The notes under the pieces were generated by a model that was not told the origin of the DNA, did no database searches, and saw only the letters and a program-made list of their open reading frames with translations. Source: Candidatus Poriferihabitaceae bacterium (lineage in GTDB: Bacteria; Pseudomonadota; Gammaproteobacteria; Arenicellales; Poriferihabitantaceae). From it: a stretch of DNA of 64,000 nt. Below are positions 19,925 through 28,049 of this stretch, piece by piece (position 1 is the stretch's first letter; each line of letters begins with the position of its first letter). Location: the NCBI GenBank assembly GCA_965237995.1, contig CBDEGO010000006.1, forward strand, positions 363,208 through 427,207. Reading direction: 5' to 3'. The position numbers and the translations under genes are program-made.

Positions 19925-20416
19925 TTAAGTATCACTTACCATTTTTTGATAGCTTGCTTTTAAGGCCTCTACCCTCTTACGATTGGCGCCGAAATCACTG
20001 TGCCCTAATCTGGAAGCACTTCGAAAATGAATGCGCTTTTGTTCGGCATCAACGCGTATTTGAACATCGTCAACATACCCCATCCATCGGGTGGTAAATC
20101 GCGCCGCTAAACCATGTGCATTTACAGCATCTATCTTTCCACCGGACTGTTTTATCAGTGTGGTAAAGGCTGACAATACGCTATTGGTATCGAGCGCAGT
20201 AAACATTAACGATTCAACGTAATGACTTTTGTCAGTGGGAAACTCACTGCAAATGCAGTTTGGTTTATCAGGGCAGCGCAATAAGCCACTGTCCATCGGG
20301 CTTTGTGCCAACGCTAAGCCTTGATAAAACGTGTAAAGGCGCGCCAATGCAAATAGCACTAAAATACTGGTTAACGAAATAGTAAGCATTTTTCCACTAC
20401 GTTTTCTTAAACTCAA
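19925..20416 (-). CDS. DUF1499-family protein
   Basis: N-terminal TM helix, CPDKPNCICS, MGYVDDV, IHFRSASRLGHSDFGANRKRVE. Confidence 0.9.
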   Translation of the reverse strand: MSLRKRSGKMLTISLTSILVLFALARLYTFYQGLALAQSPMDSGLLRCPDKPNCICSEFPTDKSHYVESLMFTALDTNSVLSAFTTLIKQSGGKIDAVNAHGLAARFTTRWMGYVDDVQIRVDAEQKRIHFRSASRLGHSDFGANRKRVEALKASYQKMVSDT

Positions 20417-20500
20417 TTTAATTTACTCAGGGTACAAGTTAGGCATACAATGAATGTAGTTTAAGCGATTCACCTGTAGATAAACCATTCTTCTCACATC

Positions 20501-22237
20501 ATGTCACTAGCACCATTCTTTACAAACATTGCCCGGCGCCTACTTGCACTAATGCTGATGCTATCTCTTGGCTCGGCACTTGCAGATACCAACGCTATTT
20601 TAGAAGGGCAGCGTAGCCACCCTGTAGAAGCCGCTAACGGTATGGTTGCCACCAGCCACGCTATCGCCACTGATGTTGCCTTAGAAGTACTTAAAAATGG
20701 TGGCAATGCCATCGATGCAGCAGTGACAGCTGGCTTTGCATTAGCCGTAACACAGCCGCGTTCTGGCAATATTGGCGGCGGTGGCTTTATGCTTGTGTCG
20801 TCAGAAGACAACAACGAAGTCGTTGCAATTGATTACCGCGAGAAAGCACCAAAGGCCGCGTTTGAAGCCTTATTTCAAGATGAAAATGGAGAGGTGGTTA
20901 AACAACGAAGTCGCTACAGTCACTTATCTGCCGGTGTCCCTGGGACGGTAGCCGGCTTATTACTGGCCCTTGAGCAATACGGCAGCATCTCCATCAAACA
21001 AGCACTGGCGCCCGCCATTGAGTTAGCGTCCGAAGGGTTTGTTGTCCCTGCGCGCTTTAGCAAAGGACTGAAGGCTCGCCATTCATTGCTTTCCCAGTGG
21101 GATTACGGACGCGCGCTGTTCTATAAAGCAGATGGCAGTTTTTACGAAGCAGGGGATATTTTCGTACAGAAAGATTTAGCCGCGACATTACAAAGAATCG
21201 CCGATCAAGGTAGCGCAGGGTTTTATAGCGGCAAAACGGCGCAATTAATCGTAGCGGACATGCAAGCAAACGGAGGGCTAATAACCTTAGAAGATTTAAG
21301 CCGTTACTCCGCACAAATACGTGAGCCGGTACAAGGGAGCTACAGAGGGTATGACATTTATTCAATGTCCCCGCCAAGCTCAGGAGGCGCGCACGTTGTT
21401 GAAATACTGAACATACTGGAAGGTTATCCTATCTCACAATACGGGCCTAATTCAGCGCAAACTATCCATTTAATGAGCGAAGCGATGAAACGCGCCTATG
21501 CCGACCGCGCGGAGTACCTAGGAGACAGTGATTTCGTACAAGTGCCACTTACGGGGTTGACTAGCAAAGAGTACGCTAAACAATTACGTAGCAATATTGA
21601 TGTTGATAAAGCCACGCCCAGCGTCACCATCAAACCCGGTAGTCCTGCACCCTATGAGAGCAATGAAACCACGCATTTTTCTATAGCCGACCAATTCGGT
21701 AACGTGGTGTCTAATACCTACACTATCAACTTTAGCTACGGGTCGGGTATCGCCGTTCCGGGTGCGGGTTTTTTACTAAATAATGAAATGGATGATTTCA
21801 GTGCAAAGCCTGGCGTTGCTAACGCTTACGGCCTATTAGGCGGGGAGGCAAATAAAATAGAACCTGAAAAAAGAATGTTAAGCTCAATGTCGCCCACGGT
21901 TGTAAAAAAAGACGGGAAGAATTTTTTGGTCACTGGCACGCCAGGTGGCTCGCGCATCATTACCACCACGTTGCAGGTGATAATGAATGTGATTGACCAC
22001 CGAATGAACGTGCAAGCAGCCGTTAATGCGCCACGTATTCATCATCAATGGCTGCCTGATGAAATCCGCATAGAAGCGGGGATTAGCCCTGATACGATGT
22101 CTTTACTAGAAGCCAAAGGGCATAAGGTGGTGCAAAAGCGCGCCATGGGCGCTAGCCAAAGCATACTCATCCAAGACGGACGTTTTTATGGCGCGGCTGA
22201 CCCTAGACGCAGCACTTCGTCCGCTAAAGGGTTTTAA
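20501..22237 (+). CDS. ggt: gamma-glutamyltransferase
   Basis: Signal peptide, GGNAIDAAV, GNIGGGGF, DYRE.AP, autocleavage ETTHFS, NNEMDDF, RMLSSMSP, GTPGGSRI. Confidence 0.97.
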   Translation: MSLAPFFTNIARRLLALMLMLSLGSALADTNAILEGQRSHPVEAANGMVATSHAIATDVALEVLKNGGNAIDAAVTAGFALAVTQPRSGNIGGGGFMLVSSEDNNEVVAIDYREKAPKAAFEALFQDENGEVVKQRSRYSHLSAGVPGTVAGLLLALEQYGSISIKQALAPAIELASEGFVVPARFSKGLKARHSLLSQWDYGRALFYKADGSFYEAGDIFVQKDLAATLQRIADQGSAGFYSGKTAQLIVADMQANGGLITLEDLSRYSAQIREPVQGSYRGYDIYSMSPPSSGGAHVVEILNILEGYPISQYGPNSAQTIHLMSEAMKRAYADRAEYLGDSDFVQVPLTGLTSKEYAKQLRSNIDVDKATPSVTIKPGSPAPYESNETTHFSIADQFGNVVSNTYTINFSYGSGIAVPGAGFLLNNEMDDFSAKPGVANAYGLLGGEANKIEPEKRMLSSMSPTVVKKDGKNFLVTGTPGGSRIITTTLQVIMNVIDHRMNVQAAVNAPRIHHQWLPDEIRIEAGISPDTMSLLEAKGHKVVQKRAMGASQSILIQDGRFYGAADPRRSTSSAKGF

Positions 22238-22240
22238 CTT

Positions 22241-22278
22241 GGAGTAGGCAGGGGACTAGTAAATTATCCTACGCTAAG
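22241..22278 (+). repeat. Tn3-type terminal inverted repeat (left)
   Basis: 38 bp, G-rich outer end, inner end TACGCTAAG as in Tn21/Tn501-type IRs. Confidence 0.9.
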
Positions 22279-22387
22279 GTAGAGGTTACCTGTTGCTATT
22301 GGTTTGAGTTAAGCAATAGGTTTCTGCAACGATGATAGTCGGTATTTGTTGCTTAAAGGTTCCTTTTGGTAAAGGCTGTTGTATACT

Positions 22388-22548
22388 CAGACTGCGTAAA
22401 ACTTTAGCTTTTAGTAGTGTGTTGGGACAGCACTGATTCCCACTCCGAAATAAGGCAGTAATAGGTTTTTTGTACCCCACTTTGCTGTGTCTAATAGTGG
22501 AGAGTATTTACCACTACCTTTTCTAATTTCGAGTTTTCACACAGTCTG
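22388..22548. mobile_element. possible MITE / internally deleted IS remnant (IS1182-like ends)
   Basis: CAGACTGCGT-AAAACT at 22388 versus the reverse complement of 22531-22548, CAGACTGTGTGAAAACTC; 161 bp; no clear target duplication. Confidence 0.4.
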
Positions 22549-22676
22549 CACTCAAAACAGACATTCAGTAAAATCGAGAGTGCGGCTTGGTTCTATTCTT
22601 TATCATGACCAAAATTAGGAGTTCAGCTATAATTCAGTACCTAATTGATCAGAAATCGCGAGCTTAGTATTTTTGT

Positions 22677-24155
22677 ATGAAGCATTTAACTACGTTTAAA
22701 ATCGTTACATCTCTTCTATGTGTTAGCCTAAATGCTGTTGCGAACAAGGTGGACCTTGCTTTACCCAACAATAGCCACTACGCACTACTGAACTCAATTG
22801 AAGTGGCACGTGACGAAGGGGAGATTGATACGACAACTAGTTATGCGGTTTATTTAGATGAGACGGTTGATGTAGAGAAAGATGATGTGCTTGTTGTTAG
22901 GGCTGTCATAGAAGGTACTCATCAACCCCTTACTTCGGGAGATGCTTCAGTTGCAGATTTTAGAGCTTATCTGTCATGTGACAATCGGCGTATTTCACCA
23001 TATCGAGTAAAGTCTCTTAAGAGATATTACGGAAACCATCATGGTTCTATGGTTGCTAGTGGCTTTTGCCATTACACTGAATCGGTACCTGGACAGATAA
23101 ATGTTAATTTGAAAGCAAAGTCGACTCGAGCTAATGGACTCATACATTTCAAGCAACAGACTAAAATGTATATCGATCATTTCCGTGCAGTGAACCCAAA
23201 TGTGACAAATCTTGATAGTTATTATTTTGCGACAGAAAAGAAGAAAGCCGATATTCCTATGGAAGATCGGACGATTAGGAATCTATCGGACTCACCCTCT
23301 CCCTCCACATATTATGACTGGCAAACTTTGGATATGGATTTATCCAATGAGAACTGGACATTTATAAATGCACAGGGCACCGTTGATGACCCCAATATCG
23401 AAATTCCGCTGTCTGGCTTCAGCATAGTGAGTGAAGTCGAGAAAACAACTCAGGTTGATCCAGTGGTCAACCAACTAAGCCTTGCTACTGAAAACCCAAC
23501 ACGCTCACAGCTTTATCGGATTTCTCAATACGGATACGGTGTTTATAAATCAGAAAACTATCAAGCTAGCAATGTGTTAAACGTTAAGATAAAAACCCGA
23601 ATGCATGGAAAAGATGATGGGCATCAACTGGATGTCAATATGCAGGCGAGAAGATTTCACGCACGTTTAGAGGGATTGGTATTTAGAAAAGGAGTTGGTT
23701 TAGGAAGTTATTTTTTGACAAAAATATTTTTGGAATATCCTCCAACGGACGTGAATGTATACCCAAATAACACTCCGGTTAGTGTTGGACGTGATCATAA
23801 CGGACAGGACCTAGCTGTTACCTTCAATGGAAACTCTGGTCTCATGAGGATAAAACTACATTCTACTTTAGAGTATGTAGGAACAGATGTGCGGAGTTGC
23901 TACGCACGGATAGTGATTCATAAGGGTTACACGCCCATTGGAGACTACATTGAACCATCGTACTCTACTGTATCTGGACGCTATCTTAAATCGCCCTACA
24001 AAAACCATAATTTAAGTGCGGAATATATTTTTGAAGTGGACAGTGCTGGCACATATCAAGTTAAACCGTATGTGTATTGTGGGAATAGAAATAACCAGGT
24101 TCCTGTTAAGGTAGAAAATACAGGGACATGGACATTTATTGAGAAATTTGAGTAG
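22677..24155 (+). CDS. orphan secreted beta-rich protein (passenger of the Tn3 cassette)
   Basis: 492-aa ORF with a Sec-type signal (MKHLTTFKIVTSLLCVSLNAVA); Tyr/Val/Thr/Asn-rich; visibly more AT-rich than flanking genes; no family recognised. Confidence 0.8.
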   Translation: MKHLTTFKIVTSLLCVSLNAVANKVDLALPNNSHYALLNSIEVARDEGEIDTTTSYAVYLDETVDVEKDDVLVVRAVIEGTHQPLTSGDASVADFRAYLSCDNRRISPYRVKSLKRYYGNHHGSMVASGFCHYTESVPGQINVNLKAKSTRANGLIHFKQQTKMYIDHFRAVNPNVTNLDSYYFATEKKKADIPMEDRTIRNLSDSPSPSTYYDWQTLDMDLSNENWTFINAQGTVDDPNIEIPLSGFSIVSEVEKTTQVDPVVNQLSLATENPTRSQLYRISQYGYGVYKSENYQASNVLNVKIKTRMHGKDDGHQLDVNMQARRFHARLEGLVFRKGVGLGSYFLTKIFLEYPPTDVNVYPNNTPVSVGRDHNGQDLAVTFNGNSGLMRIKLHSTLEYVGTDVRSCYARIVIHKGYTPIGDYIEPSYSTVSGRYLKSPYKNHNLSAEYIFEVDSAGTYQVKPYVYCGNRNNQVPVKVENTGTWTFIEKFE

Positions 24156-24264
24156 TTCTCAATTATTATCTCTATCTATTCGATTACCATTTGAAACCAG
24201 ACGAAGCTATTTCAGATCAAGCACAACTGACTCTTAAGGGTAACTTTCTGCCGTTCACATAGTC

Positions 24265-24302
24265 CTTAGCGTAGGATAATTTACTAATTCTCTGCCTAAC
24301 CC
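24265..24302 (-). repeat. Tn3-type terminal inverted repeat (right)
   Basis: Reverse complement GGGTTAGGCAGAGAATTAGTAAATTATCCTACGCTAAG, followed by the AACTT duplication. Confidence 0.9.
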
Positions 24303-24309
24303 AACTTGC

Positions 24310-24702
24310 TTAAGTAGTTAGATCTATCCACTCTACGTCAAGATGTGCAAAACTCTTATCTGTACTCGCGACGGCCACCTTGTTCTCTTTCGCGACTTCT
24401 GCGATCAATGCGCTGGTGACAGGCACTTCAATTCCGTTACTGCGCAGCTGTTGCATTTTGATGCCTGCTTTAAGCATGAGTGTTTCATCCATCGGTAAGG
24501 TGTTTATGTGATCAAACAGCTGTTCAAGCTTGATTTGCGTGGCAGTGTCTTGGGCTGTTTGTAGAAGCTCCGTTTTAATCACGCCACATAGTAAAGCTTG
24601 TTCACGCGCGATAAGGCCTGCAACCCAATCGCTTTGCGCTGAAGTCTCTATGCCTAAAAACGCCACCCAAGCACCTGTATCGATTATAAGCTTTGTACTC
24701 AC
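24310..24702 (-). CDS. vapC: PIN-domain toxin (VapC family)
   Basis: LIIDTGAW, VIKTELL, ALIA..A......VASTDKSF; overlaps the antitoxin stop by 4 bp. Confidence 0.85.
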   Translation of the reverse strand: MSTKLIIDTGAWVAFLGIETSAQSDWVAGLIAREQALLCGVIKTELLQTAQDTATQIKLEQLFDHINTLPMDETLMLKAGIKMQQLRSNGIEVPVTSALIAEVAKENKVAVASTDKSFAHLDVEWIDLTT

Positions 24703-24905
24703 TGGTTAATCTCAAATAGCTTACGCTGCGCTTTCCAGTTGTCTTCAAGTTCAAGTGAATTTTGCAGAGCCAGTATGGCCCGTTTTTGTTCACTTTTGAT
24801 ATAAGCCTGCAAACCTAACCGCACCGCTTCAGACCGATTGCTCTGCCCTGTCAAGGACATCACTTGTTCGACTATTTGTTCGTCTAAATTAAGAGTTGTA
24901 CGCAT
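24699..24905 (-). CDS. vapB: VapB-type antitoxin (DUF2191/RHH-like)
   Basis: MRTTLNLDEQIVEQVMSLTGQSNRSEAVRLGLQAYI; real start is the ATG at 24905 inside the longer tracked ORF. Confidence 0.85.
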   Translation of the reverse strand: MRTTLNLDEQIVEQVMSLTGQSNRSEAVRLGLQAYIKSEQKRAILALQNSLELEDNWKAQRKLFEINQ

Positions 24906-24922
24906 TTTTCTAGTTCTGATGA

Positions 24923-24965
24923 AATTTATGTCATACCATATATATAATATTGTATGACATAAATT
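24923..24965. promoter_or_regulatory. inverted-repeat operator of vapBC
   Basis: Perfect 14-bp arms AATTTATGTCATAC / GTATGACATAAATT with a 15-bp spacer, immediately upstream of vapB. Confidence 0.7.
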
Positions 24966-25050
24966 ACTAAAATGTATGATTAATATGTATAATAATCGCA
25001 TATCCTTAGCAAAAGTGCTAAGTCGTTTTAACTGAAAGAGACACAATATT

Positions 25051-25548
25051 ATGACAAACTTAAATTTAACAAGCCCGCAACGCCGAACTATTCTTAAATC
25101 TGCTGCGATTGGTAGTGCAGTGATTGCCAGTAGTTTACCCAGCCTTAGCTTTGCTAAGTCACTAACCAGTCCAGCTGTTAAGAAAGCCAAGGCGTTGCCT
25201 GCTATCGGCATGCTGTCGATAAAGCAAAACCAAACTCAAGCAGCAAAGACGATCGTATTAAAAAACAATACCGGTGATGTTGTTCGCTTACATTCCATCA
25301 AGCCCGAAGGTTTTGCCAAGCCTCAAGGTTCGCTAAAAGTAGAAGTAAGATTCCCTAAAGAGCAGACAGTACTAAAGCCTAACGAAGAGTTGGTGATTAA
25401 CTTGAAAGCCACTACCGCAAACGCGGGCATGAACACCCACGGCGACGCTATTTCAAACGTGGTTAACGCACGTCTACATTTTGATAGCGATAATACTGCG
25501 TTCACGGGCATGATTCCTGTCACCGTAATCGATGCTATGCCGGTGTAG
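25051..25548 (+). CDS. hypothetical Tat-exported protein
   Basis: QRRTILK twin-arginine motif, hydrophobic stretch, SFA cleavage site; beta-rich mature part. Confidence 0.7.
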   Translation: MTNLNLTSPQRRTILKSAAIGSAVIASSLPSLSFAKSLTSPAVKKAKALPAIGMLSIKQNQTQAAKTIVLKNNTGDVVRLHSIKPEGFAKPQGSLKVEVRFPKEQTVLKPNEELVINLKATTANAGMNTHGDAISNVVNARLHFDSDNTAFTGMIPVTVIDAMPV

Positions 25549-25569
25549 CGTATCTGAACGCGTCACCAC

Positions 25570-25593
25570 AAAGCGCCTATACGGCGCTTTTTT
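25570..25593 (+). terminator. rho-independent terminator
   Basis: AAAGCGCC-TATAC-GGCGCTTTTTT. Confidence 0.8.
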
Positions 25594-25753
25594 ATTTTCT
25601 TTAGTTATAGCGAAATTCGCCTTAAGCTCCAAAAGAGGTGATAGATAGTTATCTTTGAAAATTCGCGGAATACAATATTTGTGTTTATTATCACTTTATC
25701 CATTTACTTGTAGCATTATAGTTTCTGCATCAAGTTTATTTAGAGATAGCAAC

Positions 25754-26032
25754 ATGGAAATTGTATATATGGATCACACGGAATTACTTGGATTGGCTGG
25801 CGTTAGCTTTTATGTATTAAGCTATTTTTTGCTGCAGTTAGGCAAAATCGAAGGGCGAGGCATTGTTTATGTATTAATGAATTTAGCTGCAGCGAGTTTA
25901 GTATTGATAAGCCTGACAAAAGACTTCAACCTTGCATCTGCGTTGATTCAAACGTTTTGGATTGTGATCAGTCTCATTGGTATTTTACGTATCGCATTTT
26001 TGAGTAAGCTTAAATATCAGCAATCAGTGTAA
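25754..26032 (+). CDS. small membrane protein (CBU_0592-like)
   Basis: LGLAGV.FYVLSYFLLQ.GKI.G....Y...NL.AASLVLISL...FNLASALIQ.FWI.IS; start at 25754 or 25769. Confidence 0.8.
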   Translation: MEIVYMDHTELLGLAGVSFYVLSYFLLQLGKIEGRGIVYVLMNLAAASLVLISLTKDFNLASALIQTFWIVISLIGILRIAFLSKLKYQQSV

Positions 26033-26273
26033 TGTACTTGTTGCATGACCAAACGACAGCTTACTAATTTATTCTAAGTTGTTAACACCAAGCATTCATA
26101 ACTTTCTATGGCGGCATTCTTGCTGCCATTTTTTCTTGTGTTTAGCGAGTGTAAAAAATAGCAACCTATTCATAGACCAAATTTATACCGCAAACTTGAT
26201 TCCTGAATAGCACGCCCTCTATAATGGCAAGCCCATACGCCGCAGAGCGTTCACAAAGAGGAGAGGAAACATA

Positions 26274-27782
26274 ATGAAAAAAACAATTTGGTTAGGCGGA
26301 CTCGTGCTGCTGTTTTCTACAATGCGTGCTCACGCCGGTATAGACGAGACCGTCGATGCGTTTTTTAACGATTATCTAGGCTGGTTTGCTAGCTTAATTT
26401 TTACGTCGGTACCGGTTGGTGGAGCGAATTTCCCCATCATTGCTGGCTGGCTGTTAGTTGCCGCTATCGTATTCACGCTATATTTTGGATTCATCCAATT
26501 CCGTCGATTCAAGCTTGCAACTGATATTGTCAGTGGCAAATATACCGACCCAGATAGCAAAGAAGAAGGGGAGATCTCTCACTTTCAAGCTTTAACAACC
26601 GCACTTTCTGGTACCGTTGGTTTAGGTAACATCGCAGGTGTTGGCGCTGCGCTAGCAATTGGTGGTCCGGGTGCTACCTTTTGGATGATCTTAGTCGGCC
26701 TATGCGGCATGGCCTCTAAATTTGTAGAATGTACGCTAGGTGTTAAATACCGAACCATTCTACCTTCTGGTGCGGTCTCTGGCGGACCAATGTATTATTT
26801 AAGCAAAGGCTTAGAAGAACGCGGACTCGCTGGCGTGGGTAAATTTCTTGCGGTTGCGTTTGCCATCATGACAATACTTGGTGCCTTAGGTGGCGGTAAC
26901 ATGTTCCAAGGCAATCAGGCTAACGCTATGCTGGTGTCTACCTTTGGTTTACCCGAAGGTTATGGCTGGGTAGTCGGCGTTATCTTAGCGGCCTTCGTAT
27001 TCGCCGTTATCGTAGGCGGTATGCCTTCCATTGCGAGCGTGACGTCTAAGTTAGTGCCTATAATGGCGGCTATGTATATCGCAATGGCACTAATCGTTAT
27101 TGTGACTAACCTTGGAAAAGTAGGGCCGGCTTTTGGCGCTATCATAGACGGTGCTTTTAGCGCAGAAGGGGTCACGGGCGGCTTTATTGGCGCCTTGATA
27201 CAAGGGCTTAAACGGGCTACCTTCTCTAACGAAGCGGGTGTAGGCTCGGCGGCGATAGCCCACTCAGCGGTTAAGACCAAAGAACCCATTACTGAAGGGT
27301 TGGTGTCTTTGCTAGAGCCTTTTATCGATACCGTTATCATTTGCACCATGACTGCCTTAGTCATCACAATTTCAGGTATTAATGCTGGCCCTTATACTGG
27401 CGCAGGCCTCACGGGGGTTAACCTAACTTCTGCTGCTTTCCAAGAAACCGCGGATTGGTTTAAGTATCCACTTGCTATTGCAGTGGTTATGTTTGCCATA
27501 TCGACTATGATCTCGTGGTCTTATTACGGCTTAAAAGCATGGACATACCTATTTGGTGAAAGTGATACTAATGAATTGGTATATAAAATTATGTTTTGTG
27601 TCTTCATCGTAATTGGTGCTTCAATTGGCTTTGGCGCAGTTATCGATTTCTCAGACGCAGCGATCTTTGCAATGAGTATCTTCAACATTATCGGTTTGTA
27701 CTATCTAATGCCGGTAGTGAAAAAAGAACTACAGTCGTTCTTAGCGAGGGTTGATTCTGGAGAAATTAAAAAATTCAGATGA
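26274..27782 (+). CDS. alanine/glycine:cation symporter (AGCS family)
   Basis: SHFQAL.TALSGTVGLGNIAGV, GGPGATFWM, GGPMYY, RATFSNEAGVGSA, EPFIDT, SWSYYG. Confidence 0.95.
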   Translation: MKKTIWLGGLVLLFSTMRAHAGIDETVDAFFNDYLGWFASLIFTSVPVGGANFPIIAGWLLVAAIVFTLYFGFIQFRRFKLATDIVSGKYTDPDSKEEGEISHFQALTTALSGTVGLGNIAGVGAALAIGGPGATFWMILVGLCGMASKFVECTLGVKYRTILPSGAVSGGPMYYLSKGLEERGLAGVGKFLAVAFAIMTILGALGGGNMFQGNQANAMLVSTFGLPEGYGWVVGVILAAFVFAVIVGGMPSIASVTSKLVPIMAAMYIAMALIVIVTNLGKVGPAFGAIIDGAFSAEGVTGGFIGALIQGLKRATFSNEAGVGSAAIAHSAVKTKEPITEGLVSLLEPFIDTVIICTMTALVITISGINAGPYTGAGLTGVNLTSAAFQETADWFKYPLAIAVVMFAISTMISWSYYGLKAWTYLFGESDTNELVYKIMFCVFIVIGASIGFGAVIDFSDAAIFAMSIFNIIGLYYLMPVVKKELQSFLARVDSGEIKKFR

Positions 27783-27807
27783 GCTGCACCTAATGTAAAC
27801 GTGTTTT

Positions 27808-27833
27808 AGGCCCGCCTTGAGCGGGCCTTTCTT
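27808..27833 (+). terminator. rho-independent terminator
   Basis: AGGCCCGC-CTTGA-GCGGGCCT followed by TTCTT. Confidence 0.75.
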
Positions 27834-28049
27834 ATGCCTGCGTGTTTCGTTTGAGAACTATTGGATGCAATCTCCGACTATGCATGATTCATTTAACTCA
27901 CTGATAAGTCCTATTATATGTGAGGTTTTTCACTGACTTTAAAACATCATAGGCTCAAAATAGCCGTTGCAGTCTACTCCTTGCATGGAGGGCTGTTTAT
28001 GTTTAGTGATGGACACTAATTAACAATTTGATACTTATGGAGGATTTTC

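Larger units (their letters stand above)
22241..24302. mobile_element. non-autonomous Tn3-family element (mobile insertion cassette / TIME-like) carrying one passenger gene
   Basis: Left 38-bp IR GGAGTAGGCAGGGGACTAGTAAATTATCCTACGCTAAG (22241-22278). Right IR as reverse complement GGGTTAGGCAGAGAATTAGTAAATTATCCTACGCTAAG (24265-24302). IRs are 33/38 identical. Direct repeat AACTT at 22236-22240 and 24303-24307. No tnpA or tnpR inside. Confidence 0.9.

Noticed and set aside
24182-24262. Short frame DYHLKP...KGNFLPFT* before the right IR as a tnpA 3' remnant
   Set aside because: Faintly like the GDY...GKFRPL end of Tn21-type transposases, but the spacing differs and the similarity is too weak to call by eye.
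24699-25211. 170-aa ORF from the track
   Set aside because: Only the last 68 aa look like VapB. The extension runs through the operator and overlaps the opposite-strand Tat gene.
26033-26273. Glycine riboswitch upstream of the AGCS symporter
   Set aside because: GGAGAG occurs only at the SD; the other conserved aptamer elements (CCGAAG, CTCTCAGG) were not found.
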